A stretch of DNA of 64,000 nt, taken from Marsupella aquatica. Lineage: Eukaryota; Plantae; Marchantiophyta. The stretch lies in the NCBI GenBank assembly GCA_973895155.1, contig OZ316893.1, forward strand, positions 9,735,839-9,799,838. Direction: 5' to 3'. The notes beneath the pieces were generated by a model. That model saw only the letters and a list, made by a program, of their open reading frames with translations. It searched no databases and was not told the DNA's origin. The translations under genes and the position numbers were made by a program. Of the stretch, positions 10,736 to 24,400 are shown one piece after another (the stretch's first letter is position 1; each line of letters opens with the position of its first letter).

Positions 10736-13455
10736 ATGTCTGCGGTGGTTTGCGGCAAGCGGTCCCTTTTCGAGGATATTCACGGCTCCCCACCAATTGC
10801 TAAGAGGATACGCTGTGGAGGAAATTCTCCGATACGCTTCCCCTCCGTTGTTTCTCCCGTAAGAGTTGGCACCGCCGGGGGTTCCGAAGCGGGGTCGCAG
10901 GGGCGGCCCGTTGTTTCCTTTGTGGACGACCAACAACTTCTGCAGCTTCGGGACCTGTTCTCAGAAATGGATGGACAGGTACATCATCACGTTCTTGGGA
11001 GGTCTTGCGTCGTTTTCTTCCTTTCTCTGCTCACTGTTATCAGTTTAGAATTGGTCTCGCACGAAGATTTATTTGTGCTCGTGATGACGGATTGAACAAA
11101 TCGAACAGTGGGTTCCAAGACCGCTACTTTTGGTTCTGGTTAAAATATGCAATTGTCTTGAAGTGACTTTTTTCCTCTGTCTTACTTGCAACAAGAAAGC
11201 AGTAGGTCTTCAATCTACCCAGGGTTTAGCAGTCTTCTATGGAGTCACGAGTTCTGAGCATAGTAATGGTACCTGGATAGGCACAAGGCTTTTGTTTGAC
11301 GTTCCAAAATTGGTCTGAACGCTGTTCACTCTTTAGGGTTGATAATCGTCGTGGATTATAGTCCTTCCCTTCCCTGAACTCGAGAGGTCATCGTTGAGGT
11401 TTTAAAAGTCATTCGGAATGCCATCGTTTTTACGAAATTGAAGGGCAGCAGTTCAACGTAGGCTGTAATCGACTCTTGCAGTTGTAATAGGTCGTACTTG
11501 TGGGATATCCTGTTATTTCATGCATCAATACTTCAATTTCTATACTGAAGAAATACGAGTAGTATAAATGGACTAAACATAGGTTGGACTCGTTCGTGCA
11601 GTTGGTGGAGAGAGTGTATGAATCTTGTGGAAAGAATTTAGACTCAGCGATTAAGAGCTTGAATGATCTACGGCTGAGTTCAAGTGAGCAGCTGTCCCCA
11701 CCCAGTGAAAGTGCTGGGCACGCAGGAGCTACTGCTGCAGCCGCCTCCACGCATGTGAATTGTGGAGTGTCTAGTGATGGTACGTTAAAAAGTACCTTGA
11801 TACCACAAAGTCTTCGTAACCGTGATATTTGACTGACAAATGATGAGGCTGCCTTCCGAGAAAATGTTTACGAAGGGCTTAGTAGATGAGACTGTTCCAT
11901 GCCACTCTGTGTAGACGCTGCATGGGTGTAACTAGATTGCAAGGAACGAGAAGTTATTGTCTAGTAGGAAGAGACTAGTCTTTTAAGGGCAAGTTCCGAG
12001 CGGAAGAGATTATGGCTCTTCAAAGCTGTCAGCACGGTCTGTGTTCTCTTCTGGTTTTGTCTTGTCTTGTTTTCAATGCTCTAGTAAGGTTGTTCCCGAA
12101 TTTCACCTTTGTCTCATTAGAATCGTCTGATTATTTTCGTCAAGCGAATAGATCTAGGCGGGAAGAATTCGTCAAGTGTTGCTGTTGCAATTGCATCGAG
12201 TTTGTATTCGCCATCCTTGGAAATGAGCCAGTGGCGGAGAGGACAGTGGGTGGCAGCTTTGGCGGAACAATCTTGATCCAATGACGGGGAATATAAACTG
12301 GATGCTATTGGGCTTCCCTCGAACGATTATTAGAGAAGCATGATAGTTGTTGGTGGCCATGTAGATGGATTTTGGAAACCGATTATGATAACTATCGAAG
12401 ACTTCAGATATTGTAACTATGTGAGGTTATGTTGGGAATTTCAGGTTACCCTCAATCATCAAACGTTCAAGTACCATCGGGGGAGGTCAATCTAACAACT
12501 GCCTCAGTTCCAACAGAGGGATCCGAATGGGTTGACATGCTAGTCAAAGAAATGATGAGTGCAACAGACCTTGAAGATGCAAGAATGCGAGCCACCAGAG
12601 CACTAGAAGCATTTGAGAAGATCGTTGCTTCACGGTCAGGGATTGTTGTAGAATTGATGAAAAAGGTGTGCTACAGTTGGTGAATTTCAGTACGCTCGGA
12701 TTGTTTCATTTCAGCTGTCCGTGGTATGCAATTGTCATTCGTAGCGCTAAACAGGTCATGTCCTTAATTTACTTTTAGGTGAGAGCTTTTGAGAATGTGT
12801 AACTCATGAAGGCATGAAAACTCTAATGTGGTCCTTACGGGAGGCTAGGTTCATGTTATGAAAAATGTCCACGGAGGAAAGCTGAATCCGAGAATACTTT
12901 ACTGACCTTGTTCTGGCCCCTCTTGATGTTTTCAGGAAAATGCTACTCTAAAAGAACAGCTCCAGGGATTGCTTAGGGATAATCATATTCTGAAGAGAGC
13001 GGTAGCTATTCAGCATGAGCGCCAGTTGGAGCATGAAGATCGATCAAGGGAATTGCAAGCTGTTAAGCAATTGCTTGCTCAACATCAGGAGCAACTTCGA
13101 TCACTCGAGGTTAGTCTTCGCTGGTTGCTGGCCGTAAGATGCACTCTAGAAAAATCCTGGTAATCATGAGATTCTAGAGTGCAGCCCTGGTCCTGGTTGT
13201 CGTATCGCGTGACATGTACATAATATTTTGGACTTTTATTTGCAAACTTTTCAGTATTATTGGCTCGCATTTTGTAGCTCGTGAGCTGTATGCAGAGTTC
13301 TGAGCTTTCATTGAGATAGGACAGAATGTATATACTAAGAATGTTCCTGCGGTGAATTGCTTGTGTAGTTGAACAATTACGCCCTTTCTTTACATCTGCG
13401 CAAAGCTCAAGAAGGCAGTTCCATCCCAGGGCGATTTCATCCTGATTTGTTTTAG
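10736..13455 (+). CDS. Ubiquitin-binding CUE-domain protein (plant 'MSAVVCGKRS' family); exons 10736-10978, 11602-11779, 12445-12665, 12936-13109, 13369-13455
   Basis: Conserved MSAVVCGKRSLFED, LRDLFSEMDGQ|LVERVYESCGKNLDSAIKSL (CUE), EWVDMLVKEMMSA..DARMRA.RALEAFEK, ILKRAVAIQHERQ, NNYALSLHL..PGRFHPDLF*. All junctions are GT-AG and in frame. Confidence 0.92.
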
Positions 13456-15421
13456 CAGACATACACACTTATAAATATTTATTTGATGGAGTTGCGGACG
13501 AGAGGGGAATTCCATTGGGACTCATTTACTTTTGTGCTCGATGAGTATTAAGAAGACAGCGTGCATCTGCGGTTCGCTCCCCTCATCAAGCCAGCTCAAT
13601 TCTGGCAAACTGGACGGCAGCAATCTTCAAAACTTGTGAACGAGTTCAGGGCTATCAACTTGTACAAGTTCATTGCGCCCAGGGCCAGCATCCAAAACTG
13701 GAACTTATAACAAACCCAAGTTGCACAACTTACAGCTGAAATAACTTTCTCAACCTAATCTACTTCAAGCTCGAGGGTTGGATACACCTCCCATTCTGTC
13801 AAGCTGGGCAATTGTAAAGGATGCAAAAGTTTGCCCGACTTACCTGCAAACATGGATTCCCTAGCGACCTCCTTGGAATCTGCGGATGCATTTGTATCTG
13901 TGGGGGACGCGAGACTTCTCTCACTCATACTGCTGAATAGCCTTTCAGGGTCGGAAACAACCTGAATGAGCGGTTCGTTAAGTGTTGACCATTCCCACTG
14001 GGAAAGATAGTCAGGCCCTACTCATTGCTGAAATTTGAATATCCCAACTGGAAGGTTGGGCAGTAGGGCACTGTATTCCAGCCAAAATGGAACATTCTCA
14101 TCTGGAAGCTGAGGTGGTTGGATTCTCCCTTCGACGAGAACCCTAGCGATGCTTTCTCCTCGACTGTTTGGGTCTCCTCCCTAAATTTCTAGGACCCTAA
14201 ATTTTCTCCTAATGTTTTTGTGAAATGTTCGTGTACACACCTTGGCTTTCATAATTATGCGTGGACGGAATTCTCTTTCATCTCATCGATGTTCGATAGT
14301 GTGAACGCCCTTCAAACTTGTTCTTGTACTACCTTCTAATTAAGGTTTAACAGAAACGTTTTGCAGCGTTGAATATCACAAATTTGGGCTTTGCTTTTCG
14401 CTGGTGGGGTTTTGTACCTTTTGTCCCCAAAAGTTAACTGCATATACACTGGGATGGGCTTTTGAAACAATTGGAATTCTGGGATTTTTTGTGTTCTTTG
14501 CATCGCGGAGAAAGCAGTCTCAAGTGATGTGCATAGATTTGTAGTTTCCTGTTTCTCTAAAGATGAATGCGCGCGTCAGATTTGTCTTCCTGCAGAAAAA
14601 CCTCAATCCAAAATCAAACTAGTGTATGGCACAACGAGGACACTCCCGTGCTGATCGTCTGACCGAAAGTCGAACCACCTAGTGGAGATAATTGGGTGGT
14701 GAAGACAATCAGAGTTGAGAAGTGTTGCCCCTGGTCTTGTTTGCGATTGCTCGTGTAGTTGTCCGGATCTAATGATTGTCAGAGATCAATATTTGATGTG
14801 ATGTTTCCTCTGATCCTTCATGCTCTTGAATTTACGAGGTACCGGCAGGCAGAACATTGAAGCAGTTTTTGTCCCCACCCGAAACCACAGTAAGGTCTAG
14901 AAAGATTGGTAATTCTGAAAAGATTCGATCAGTATGTATGGGCCGGGATACGGGCACAGCTGCACAGGCAAATCGGTACTCGTTGTGTGCCTCATTTCAA
15001 TCAGTTTTCATGCTGGAGTCAAATGTGCTCTGGAGGATCCCTTCCTTGCGTAGCCTCACGACGTAAGCAAGTCCTCGAGAGTCTGAAACAAAGCTAATGT
15101 TTTCTTCCTGACGTAAAATTTTCTTCCTGTCCTGGTCGGTGTTGTACCTGGATGATTGGTTATATTTATCTAAGTAATAAGAGCCCTAAATCCTTTGAGA
15201 AGACGCGAAGCTGCAGTCAGGTGCAGTAGCACAGCAGGTGACATGACCATCCTCTCGATTTTGCGCTCCTGATGAAAGCTTACTGCTGGTCATCCAGTCC
15301 AACATCGAATCAACACTTTCTCACTGCCCAGCCCGACGTTCTTGTCTCTTTCCACAAGGATTGAAGGGGACCAGCTCTGTCGGGGCCTGCTCCACTACTG
15401 TACCTAGATGCTGGAAACCCA

Positions 15422-18400
15422 TTACTCGAATAGAAAAGAGAAGATGCTTTTACCTTCTACAAAATGGTTGGCGACTTTGGGAGGATGACTTTGCTCCTGC
15501 ACAGCCGCCGATTTGCTGCAGCTGGCTGAGACGGGAGTCAGCTGAGGGTCTAAACCATTAGAATTAGCCCCCAATAACCAGCAGTGTTCTCCTCCGTCGT
15601 TAGCCTCTCTGCTTACATTTCTTGAGTTGTTAGTGCGAAGACGGGTAGATGCATGGAAAAAGGTGGTACTATCACTAGCTGAAGTTCCCGCCGTAGATTT
15701 TGGTAGCTCAGTCGCAGTCACATCTTTTTCTGCCCCGAATGCCCAGAAGGGTTCTCCTCCTCCTTTAGCCTCTCTGTCTATATTCCCGGAGTTGATTGTT
15801 AAAAGACCCGGAGATGTAGGGAAATACTTGGCAGTGTCACTAGCTGACGTCCCCGCCGTAGATGTTGGTAACTCACTAGAAGTCCCAAATATGCTGTTGG
15901 AACAGCCAGAGCCTTGACCATCCCTGTTCGACTCCCTTCGCAATTGAATATCCTTAGCAAGATGATCGAGGTCACTAGCAAGAGGTCTTTCTCCCACATG
16001 GGGAAGCACGAGCCTTCTCTTGAACTGACCTCCTTCTGAAGACTGGGTTGTACCATTCATAACATTCCGAATGTTCCCATCAGTTACTACTCTGGTGGAC
16101 GAGTAAGGACGTTTGTTCTGCATAGCTATTGATCCGGAAATTTGGACAATCTCTTCCGGTCTTTTAGTTGCATTCGCAGCGCAAGCGAATACGCTGCCAT
16201 TATCCGAGAGAGAAGATTGAGCATTGCAGGTGCCGGGGCAGGTGCTGAGCTCCGCGTGATGCGCTTTGCCATTCTCGAAGTTGGAATGGTCCGTCTGCGT
16301 TCCCTGCACTAATGAGGATACCTGTTGATGAGAGCTAACGTCGTGGTCTAACCCTTCGTCGTAATCGTAAGATTCATGTGATGCCTGGTGCATTCCAGTT
16401 TCAGCATCACTATCTGCGTCCAGGCTCTTTTCACTGATTACACTCCTGTGAAAGCTCTCTGGAAATTTAGCCTCAATCTCTTTTGTAGTTGGACCACTCG
16501 TGGCTATTCTACTTCCACACTTTCCTACGTCAGTCGCCGCTGTTGCTATCGCTGACCTTGACAGTTGCTTTAGAGAATTTTGGTTTGCTAAAAAGTGGTC
16601 TTGAAGAAATTTCGGGCTGACTAGCACAGGAGGAAATTCCAGGTTCCGTTCTATTGCTTGCTTGATAGTGGACTGCTTCAGCGAAGATAATTGAACCTGA
16701 GGAAGTACAACCGGTGGAGACTGTTTCTCCGCTGCAAGTCGTTTCTTTCGCTCCCGCTTCTGAGCCCCTTCATTTCCAGTGGAGACCTTGGCTGCTTCAA
16801 CAATGCTGCTATCGGATATATTATTGAAATGATCTATGCCCACTGCACGCAGTAGTCGAAAAGATAAGTAACCGTCGACTAGAAGATGGTAAACAAATCC
16901 AGAATGATATCAAATGTTGAAAGCGGGCCAGGAATGAAGACGATCATGATTCTAAAGCAAAGAGCTAAAATTGAATGATTGACGTATCGGAATGTGCAAC
17001 AGAACAATGCGAAAAGGAGAACGCTACCGAATTCTTCGCAGATTAGAGCTGCACTGGCCCTATTTTTGGAGTACACTGCAACCGGGTACGGGCTGCAAGA
17101 TAGTCGAGCACAGTCATCAACTAGCAATCAAATCATTTTAAGGGCAGTGGATCTCATCTTGATTGGAAAGATGAAAAATTGTGATACTCAATGCAGTTTC
17201 AAAATTCAGGCAGGTAGTTTTAAGGCTTTCAGGGCTTCAGGATCCCGTGAAGCTTATATCGTAATAATCTCTATTGTCTGCTCGATATCTTTAACCCAAA
17301 ATCATCGAAGTTTGGAACGACCCTCACAAAACAGTTGACTTGCGGCAGCAAACATAGGATCGAGTGTTGACAGGTAATCAGTTGCCCTTCAAACTCGGTC
17401 AAATGGCAGTGATAATCAATCTTCACATTGTTCCCCACAAACCTGCTAAATTGATCGAGCCTGATACACATTCAAACGTAGTAAGTCACAAGGGTCAGTA
17501 ACTAGCTCCAATCAGACAATGATGATAAATCAGTTTCATTGGGTAATTGAGCCGATGATTTTTGTACTGTAGGTACCTGATTCGTTCGTGAAACAAAATA
17601 AGATTCTCGAAGTCATCCCCTATGATCTGATTACCCACGCGAAATGCCGTGCCACGCCACGGATCAGTCAAGAAGCAGGTCAAATCTGACCCCATATAGA
17701 GAGTACTAGCAAGCAACGAGCAAACAACATGGATGTTTGTGATGCGATTCTCTTTCCTTCTGAATATCATGATTGGCGTCAATGTGCTTACGGTGGCTAT
17801 TATAAGTCAGTCTAATAAATACATTGGGCGAGTATTTTTTGGAGGGGACTTTTCAGGCCTTTGTAACTTGGTATACTGAAATATGGTGGAGGTGAGGCTT
17901 GGCTCCGCTCCATTCTTACCAGATCCGCCATGTGCCACTTGTTGCTTGTCTTAGGTGGGGAGGTGCGATTCAGTTCCAAGGTAAACTCGTTCTTACCCCC
18001 AACTTGGAATCCAGTTTGACGAATCGAGAGGTCCACTTCGGGTGGCAGTGCAGTGCTTAGTGATTCTTTCAGCTGGTCCCCGTATGGAAACCGACGGCCT
18101 GTTATCAGTTCTAAGTGTCGAGGATCTGCACTTGCCAGCTTCTGAAACGAATCGATGCCTGCTGTCTGAAAAGTCTGCCTTGTTCGATGCAAGTTTTGAA
18201 GTTAGGTACTTAAAGTTCACCAAGCTAGGCCGCGCAGTGCGTGGGGTCATTAATGGCCTAAAAAGGGTTCAGTTGCAATCGAATTGTATCATGCAAATTT
18301 TCGACAGCGAAATGAGCACCTTGACTGTTACTGCACCAATGCCGGGGAGCTGCTTGAGCTGGTGAGCGCTATCATCCCAGAGTCGTTGTCGGAGGCACTT

Positions 18401-21400
18401 TGCTAGCAGCAAGGAATTTTTCGTTTCCTTGTACCTCTTCATGAATTTGAAATAGTCACCCATACACCGTGCTATTCGGGCACCATTTGTGCAGATGCTG
18501 TTAACGTCCTGTCCCGCCAAAATCATGTAAAGCGCGCCGGGGAATGGAGGATGAGACCAACTTACTATCAGATGCCTTTCAAGACAAACACCACCATTCT
18601 CGCTTGACTCTTCGCTACAATTAGTGGGGCTTGATCATTAAATGCTAGCGTTTCATTGTAGACCGAGTATCCGACTTAAGACTAGATTTGCTTGCGGACT
18701 GTGTCGCGAGAGGGAGAGATACCTGACTCATGGTGAAGTCGATTGTAGAAGGCTCGTCGGATAGGACATCGTTCACCAATAAAAAGATTTTCTCATCATA
18801 AGTTTGAATACGCTTCTTTGTCTTTCCATTTGGCCCCAAGACGTGAAACTTTATTCTTCCACTGCTGTCCTGATTGATGGCATTCAGTAATTTCTTCTCA
18901 TGCCGCCTTAGCTGGATCCCTGAGACAGTCAAACGCATCTAACTTGTCATGAGCTTCTGCACATGATCCTGTTTTACGTTTCTAAGCTATCTCATGCTTG
19001 TGCAGTTTATGGCCAATGTGTGCCAACTTTGAGTGACTCCAGGCAGCCCGACAGAGTCGATGAATGACTGAGTGCAAATTCATGGCCATAGACGCAAAAT
19101 TGGACAAAGGGACTCACAAAGACTCGTAGATGGGATGGAAGAGGCTTAGTGAACGTACAGCATAACTCCTGTGCCTTAGCTAGAGAACGGAGTAGTTCCG
19201 CGATTTCACTTTGATCAGAAATCTCAGTTATTGTCTTCATTGTTTCGAAATTTAAGTAGTACTTTGCCATCAGCTTTCCGGGCTCTACACTCCACCGAAA
19301 GTTCAGAAGTGCATCCGCATTGCGTTAAAAGATAGTTGCACTAATCCTAGGCAGATAGAACAGATACTTTGCAAAAGAAACCTTTGAGGTGGAATGGTCA
19401 CCAATCTCAGATCTCTATGCCAAAACATCTTTCGGATAACTCAGTCTAGAGGAAAGGCGGGAGGAAGGGTCGACAGTGTAGAATTGACTGAATACTTAAG
19501 AAGCCAGAGGGGGCGCCACGTCATACTGTGTTGTAATTTTATCACATTTTTATGACTGTCTCCCTAAAGCAATGCAGCCCTTTCACTCTAGAATATCCTC
19601 TGTACTACCCCCTATGTGTATCAGCAGGGGTTGGACTCGCAGTGCAATCTGACGGAAAAATCCTGAAAGACAGCTCTTTATTGCCCCAGGTCAGTCTTTG
19701 TCACTTTTTAGTTACCCACTGACACGAATCGGGACACGAATAGCGATACATACACTACCGTCAAGCATTCTCTGTACTACGGTAGCCGCATTGATTACTG
19801 TTCTTGATTGAGGTACCCGTTTCAAGGGTCGATGCCTAAAGACAAGTCGATTACCACGAGGCTTGAGAGTAAACCCATACTCATCCGTCAGAACCATCCC
19901 GAATTGAGCTAGCTCATTGACTGTCTTCAAACAGATTCCTGTACCAACCGGCAAGTGCTGGTTTGGTTCGCCGGTATGAAGTGAAGTGAAGTGAAGTGAA
20001 GTTAAGTGAAGTGAAGTGAATGATATTCAAAAGCGGGATAATACTAACGCATGACTATCAAGAACATTCAATTCTTGTATTCCAAATGACAACATTAGGA
20101 TGCGAGAACATAAAGTTCTCAAATCCTTGAAGGATGATTAACATATCATATATGTACCTTTCATGTGTTTCACCATCTGACTTTCTGTAAACCCTTTCTC
20201 AATCTTGTAACGTTCTGGATGCTGAACCAAACAGTGACCATGTGTACGCGTCAAAGTGGTTAAAGTCTCTGACGTGCGAGCTTGACATTTGTGCATGCAG
20301 TCGCGACTCTCAATAGGCCACCTACTGATAATTATGAGAAAGACCAAGCTCGAAATCAAGGAGACATACCTTTCTCATCCGTACATACAAGTAAGAGCAT
20401 TTAAGCCATTCGATTGCGAGACTAACATCAGACACTGTCATCAGAACTATCTCTGCATTCAAGTGCTCTGCAATGGACGGCAGCAACCTGCCGTTCACAC
20501 GTTCAAGTAAATTCTAATCTCAGAAAGCAGGACTGCTGAGAATTATGGCTTGAAGTTTGTTTTCTGTTTCGTCAATAGAAGTGAACGTGCTTAATTTCAG
20601 AGATACTGTCAGAAATGTTTTTGCTCCAGTTTTCGCAGTTAACTTACTCCGACTCTACTGGTTCGGATCCGGACAAAATGTTCTCGTAGAGATGTACCTG
20701 GAAAACAACAACCGCTCCATCATCATAGCAAAGTATTCCAAATTGCAAGCCTAGCTACTGGTCTTATAGTACATATCGTTGCTGGAGTCGATGTTCTACT
20801 TCATAAAACCATAAGATCTTAGACGAGCCGAAGGCGGAAGTTCAAGCCCAGGCTATAAAATGATCACAGGTTTCCTATACTAATACAAGCAATGTGGCTT
20901 CTGTACATAAACAATTTAAACTTCGTGATCTAAATTCGAAGTTCAAGGAATATCACTGATGTAACCAACTATAATATATAATTCTTTCGGGCGAAGTCTA
21001 AGATAGACTCGAACTAAGTATATGTATAACATGATCGTGTCAACGGACCACATCTTACAGTTTCGTTTCTTGTCATCAGTACAACAACTCCGGAGTCATC
21101 AAACTGGGGGCGGCCCGCGCGCCCACACATCTACCGAGCAAACACACGAATCTGATATGAGCTCATAGTTACAACTTCCATCGCTTAAGGCCCACACAAG
21201 TAACAACATCAATCTGGAGGCAGGAAATTTGCAGGAAGCTCATCTATGCTGACGTATACAATTTGATATTTGATTTCATTCAATTGACGTTTAACAAACA
21301 ACGATTCCAAGAGTCAGGTAGAAATTTGCATGTTTTCGTTCGATCCGGTCGGAGGCTCGTCTACAGTGGTGTATTCAATCTTTGAAAGACAAGCAGCATG

Positions 21401-24400
21401 TTTCGGGATCATAAATGAGATTTGACTGCGAGCTAGCTTTGGAGTCGGAATTTAATACCTGAAGCAAGGTTGACCGCTGATGCTCCACATATCTTCCCTT
21501 TTCCTTGTTACTAAATAACACGATATTCACGCCAATTACTGTTAGATGTACAGAAGAGGATGACCGAAACAGCATGACTTAGTGCCCGGAAGCACAATTG
21601 AGCCCGGAAGCACAATTGAGCATTGTCGATCTGGTCACAGTGACTAGCAAAATCTATGAAAGCTATTGGGAACATCTGTTAGATATTGCCGTGATCATAT
21701 CCTTTCTCACTAACTAGAAATTTAAAAGAATGTAGCGAAAGCGACGAGCATACAATTGTACATAATTATGGGAGTCGATTATGGAGATACCAACAAACTC
21801 TAAGGTGGGACGCGCGTACTTGAAATGGATTAAAAAGTGGCCTGTTGTAAAATAAAATTAAAAATTAAAGGGCCTGTGGTCACTCACTAGAACTGGGTAG
21901 ATTTGATGACTACCAAATGGGCAGGAAAGTTCACCCCTTGGGCAAGAGTACTAGTTGTGCAAAGCACTTGTAAATCACACTTCAAGAACAGCCCTTCTAC
22001 GAGCGCACGATCCGCTGCACCGAGTCCTCCATTGTGATAAGCCACTGCAAACAGCGGGCAGATATGAATATCGATATTAACAACTTCCGATTTGCAACTT
22101 CGTCCTCGTAATGTCCTGTAGTGCATCCACACACCAATATTAAATTATCGACGACACGAAGCTCTCTTCTAATGTAGTGAATTACTAATTGTGACCAGAA
22201 AACAGACCTCTGAAATTGAGATTAAGCATACTTAATTAACTAGTACTCGTTAGGAAGTTCTTGCGGTAAAAGATAGCTTTTCTGTTTCGCCAGTCACTAA
22301 TGAACCCGTGTCTAAGACAACGAATTACCTCCGCTTCGTATGCATGTGGGTATATTTTTGTCAACTGCTCCGGTAGCAGCCAGCTGCAACCGGTCGAATT
22401 GCTCCTGGCTCTTGATGAACGGGTTATGAGCACCAGGTTTGCTTACTGTTTCGGCTAGAATGAGAGCAGCATCCTGGGCGCCTTTCCGCGTGCAACAAAA
22501 GACCAGACTAGGCTTTCCTCCGGAATGTTGAAGGATAACATCTTAAAGAGACGGAGCAAGTCTGATTTAGAAGACGAGAATTGTGCACTTCAACTGCAAA
22601 ATAATCCTTAGGTTCCGATAATAGTATACAGCTATCCTAAATGTTTCACTCGCGAACCAGCCCCAAACAGCTTTTTCAACCTAATGTAGAAGTTTCGGGT
22701 TTCATGGAAGGGACAAAAATTAAATGCTTCTTACCATAGAGGAAGTTTTGTAATCTCTGATACAACCCATGGCAAGCCAACCGTCAGATTTTGCAGGCTT
22801 GAACTCGAACACCGTCCGGCAGTATCGATCAAAAGTTTGTTTTAAGATGGATTCACTCAGTCCTGGCAGTGAGGTTTCAATTGGTAGATTCTCTGCTTTG
22901 ACCCGGCCCTCGTTCAGGTGGGAAAGTAGAATTTGGGACAACAGATACGGTCTGTTTGGAGATGTTGCCGACTTATTATAACAGACGGCATGCATGGAGC
23001 AAGGAGTGGATGAATAATTGAATGACCAGGCTAACGTTACAGCTGCAACTGGTCGTAGTCTAACCGTAATTATGATCGATAGGTCTAAAAACGGTAAATG
23101 CGTACCTTCTCAAAAAGATAGTCATTCTTGGCTGCACCGTATCCTACACGATCAATACAAAATCATTGAAGGAATTTAGTAGAAAACTCATGAGTGGACT
23201 GTCTGGTAAATATAAATGGCCGGACAGGAGCGTATCAAATTCAGGGAAGAATGCTGAAATGTCATTACCAGTTCTGAAATATCGCAAGGCTTTCAATGTC
23301 CACAGAAAGTACTGTAAAGAGGGAGGTAACGAAGGAGAGCTCGCCTAATTGTCAAAAGGCTCTGTCCGATGTGACAAGATTTAGAAGTCTTTATTTGAAC
23401 CCGAAACAATATTTGGTTAATTTCCGAAACATCATGATCAGCTGTTGCTACAATGTGATATTCTTTTTAGTGACGCATATCGATAGTGTCTCCAATGGAT
23501 TAGCGACCCTTTTTTGCAGAAAGCCACAAAGAAGCAAGAATCTGGCTCTCTTGCAACGCGAAACTCAAGAAGACTCCCGATATATATCCTAAGCAACATG
23601 ATCAAGCATGCAAGGACAGTATTGTAGATGTTAATGATATGTGCTCCTTAGAGTATTTCACAAACGTCTAAATTAGTAAAGATATTAACTAGGAAATGTA
23701 AATGGTTCCGTCATTCGGCATAAGAACATTACCGTAAACCTTCGTTATAAGTTTAACAGGACGCATTTCTTCTCCGAACCTGCCATTAAGTATTAAGGGC
23801 AAGATGTAAACAACTGCAGCTGAATGTCCTTAAGTTTTAAGCCTCATGGACTTTGATATGACATGTAAGGACGCTGGCTGCACAAGAGATGAGAATGAAG
23901 GATCTGAGCGACTCGGGGGATCCGTTGTACCCGGATTACAATGCCATCTGACCTGACCTTTTGATTCCTCGCTGAGGAACTCCGAGCCATTCAGCTGCAC
24001 CCAGAAACAAGCTTAGAAGCGAAGAGGAAGATAAATGTTTCGAATATGAGAAGTGGAGCTAGGTACTTCTAATCAGTGTCTGGACTAAAAATCATGCGTA
24101 CTATTCAGATTGATAGGGAGGAAAGGAATTACGGTAGATTTCGTCTTCATAAGTAGATTTTTTGGGTAGGGAACTGTGATTTTGTCCGGTCCAAATACTT
24201 ACCAAGATCTTCGATGTTGGGAATAGTAGCTGAGACAGCCACGAAGCGAATTCTAGCGATTGGACTAGCCTTCAGCTCCGGGGATCGACACAGCATTTTG
24301 ATCCTGCTCACAACAGCCTCCAAAGATGCGCCTCGTGAATCGTTGAGTAGGTGGACTTCATCGATGAAAACTAAGGCTATGTCTCCAAAAAAGCCTACAC

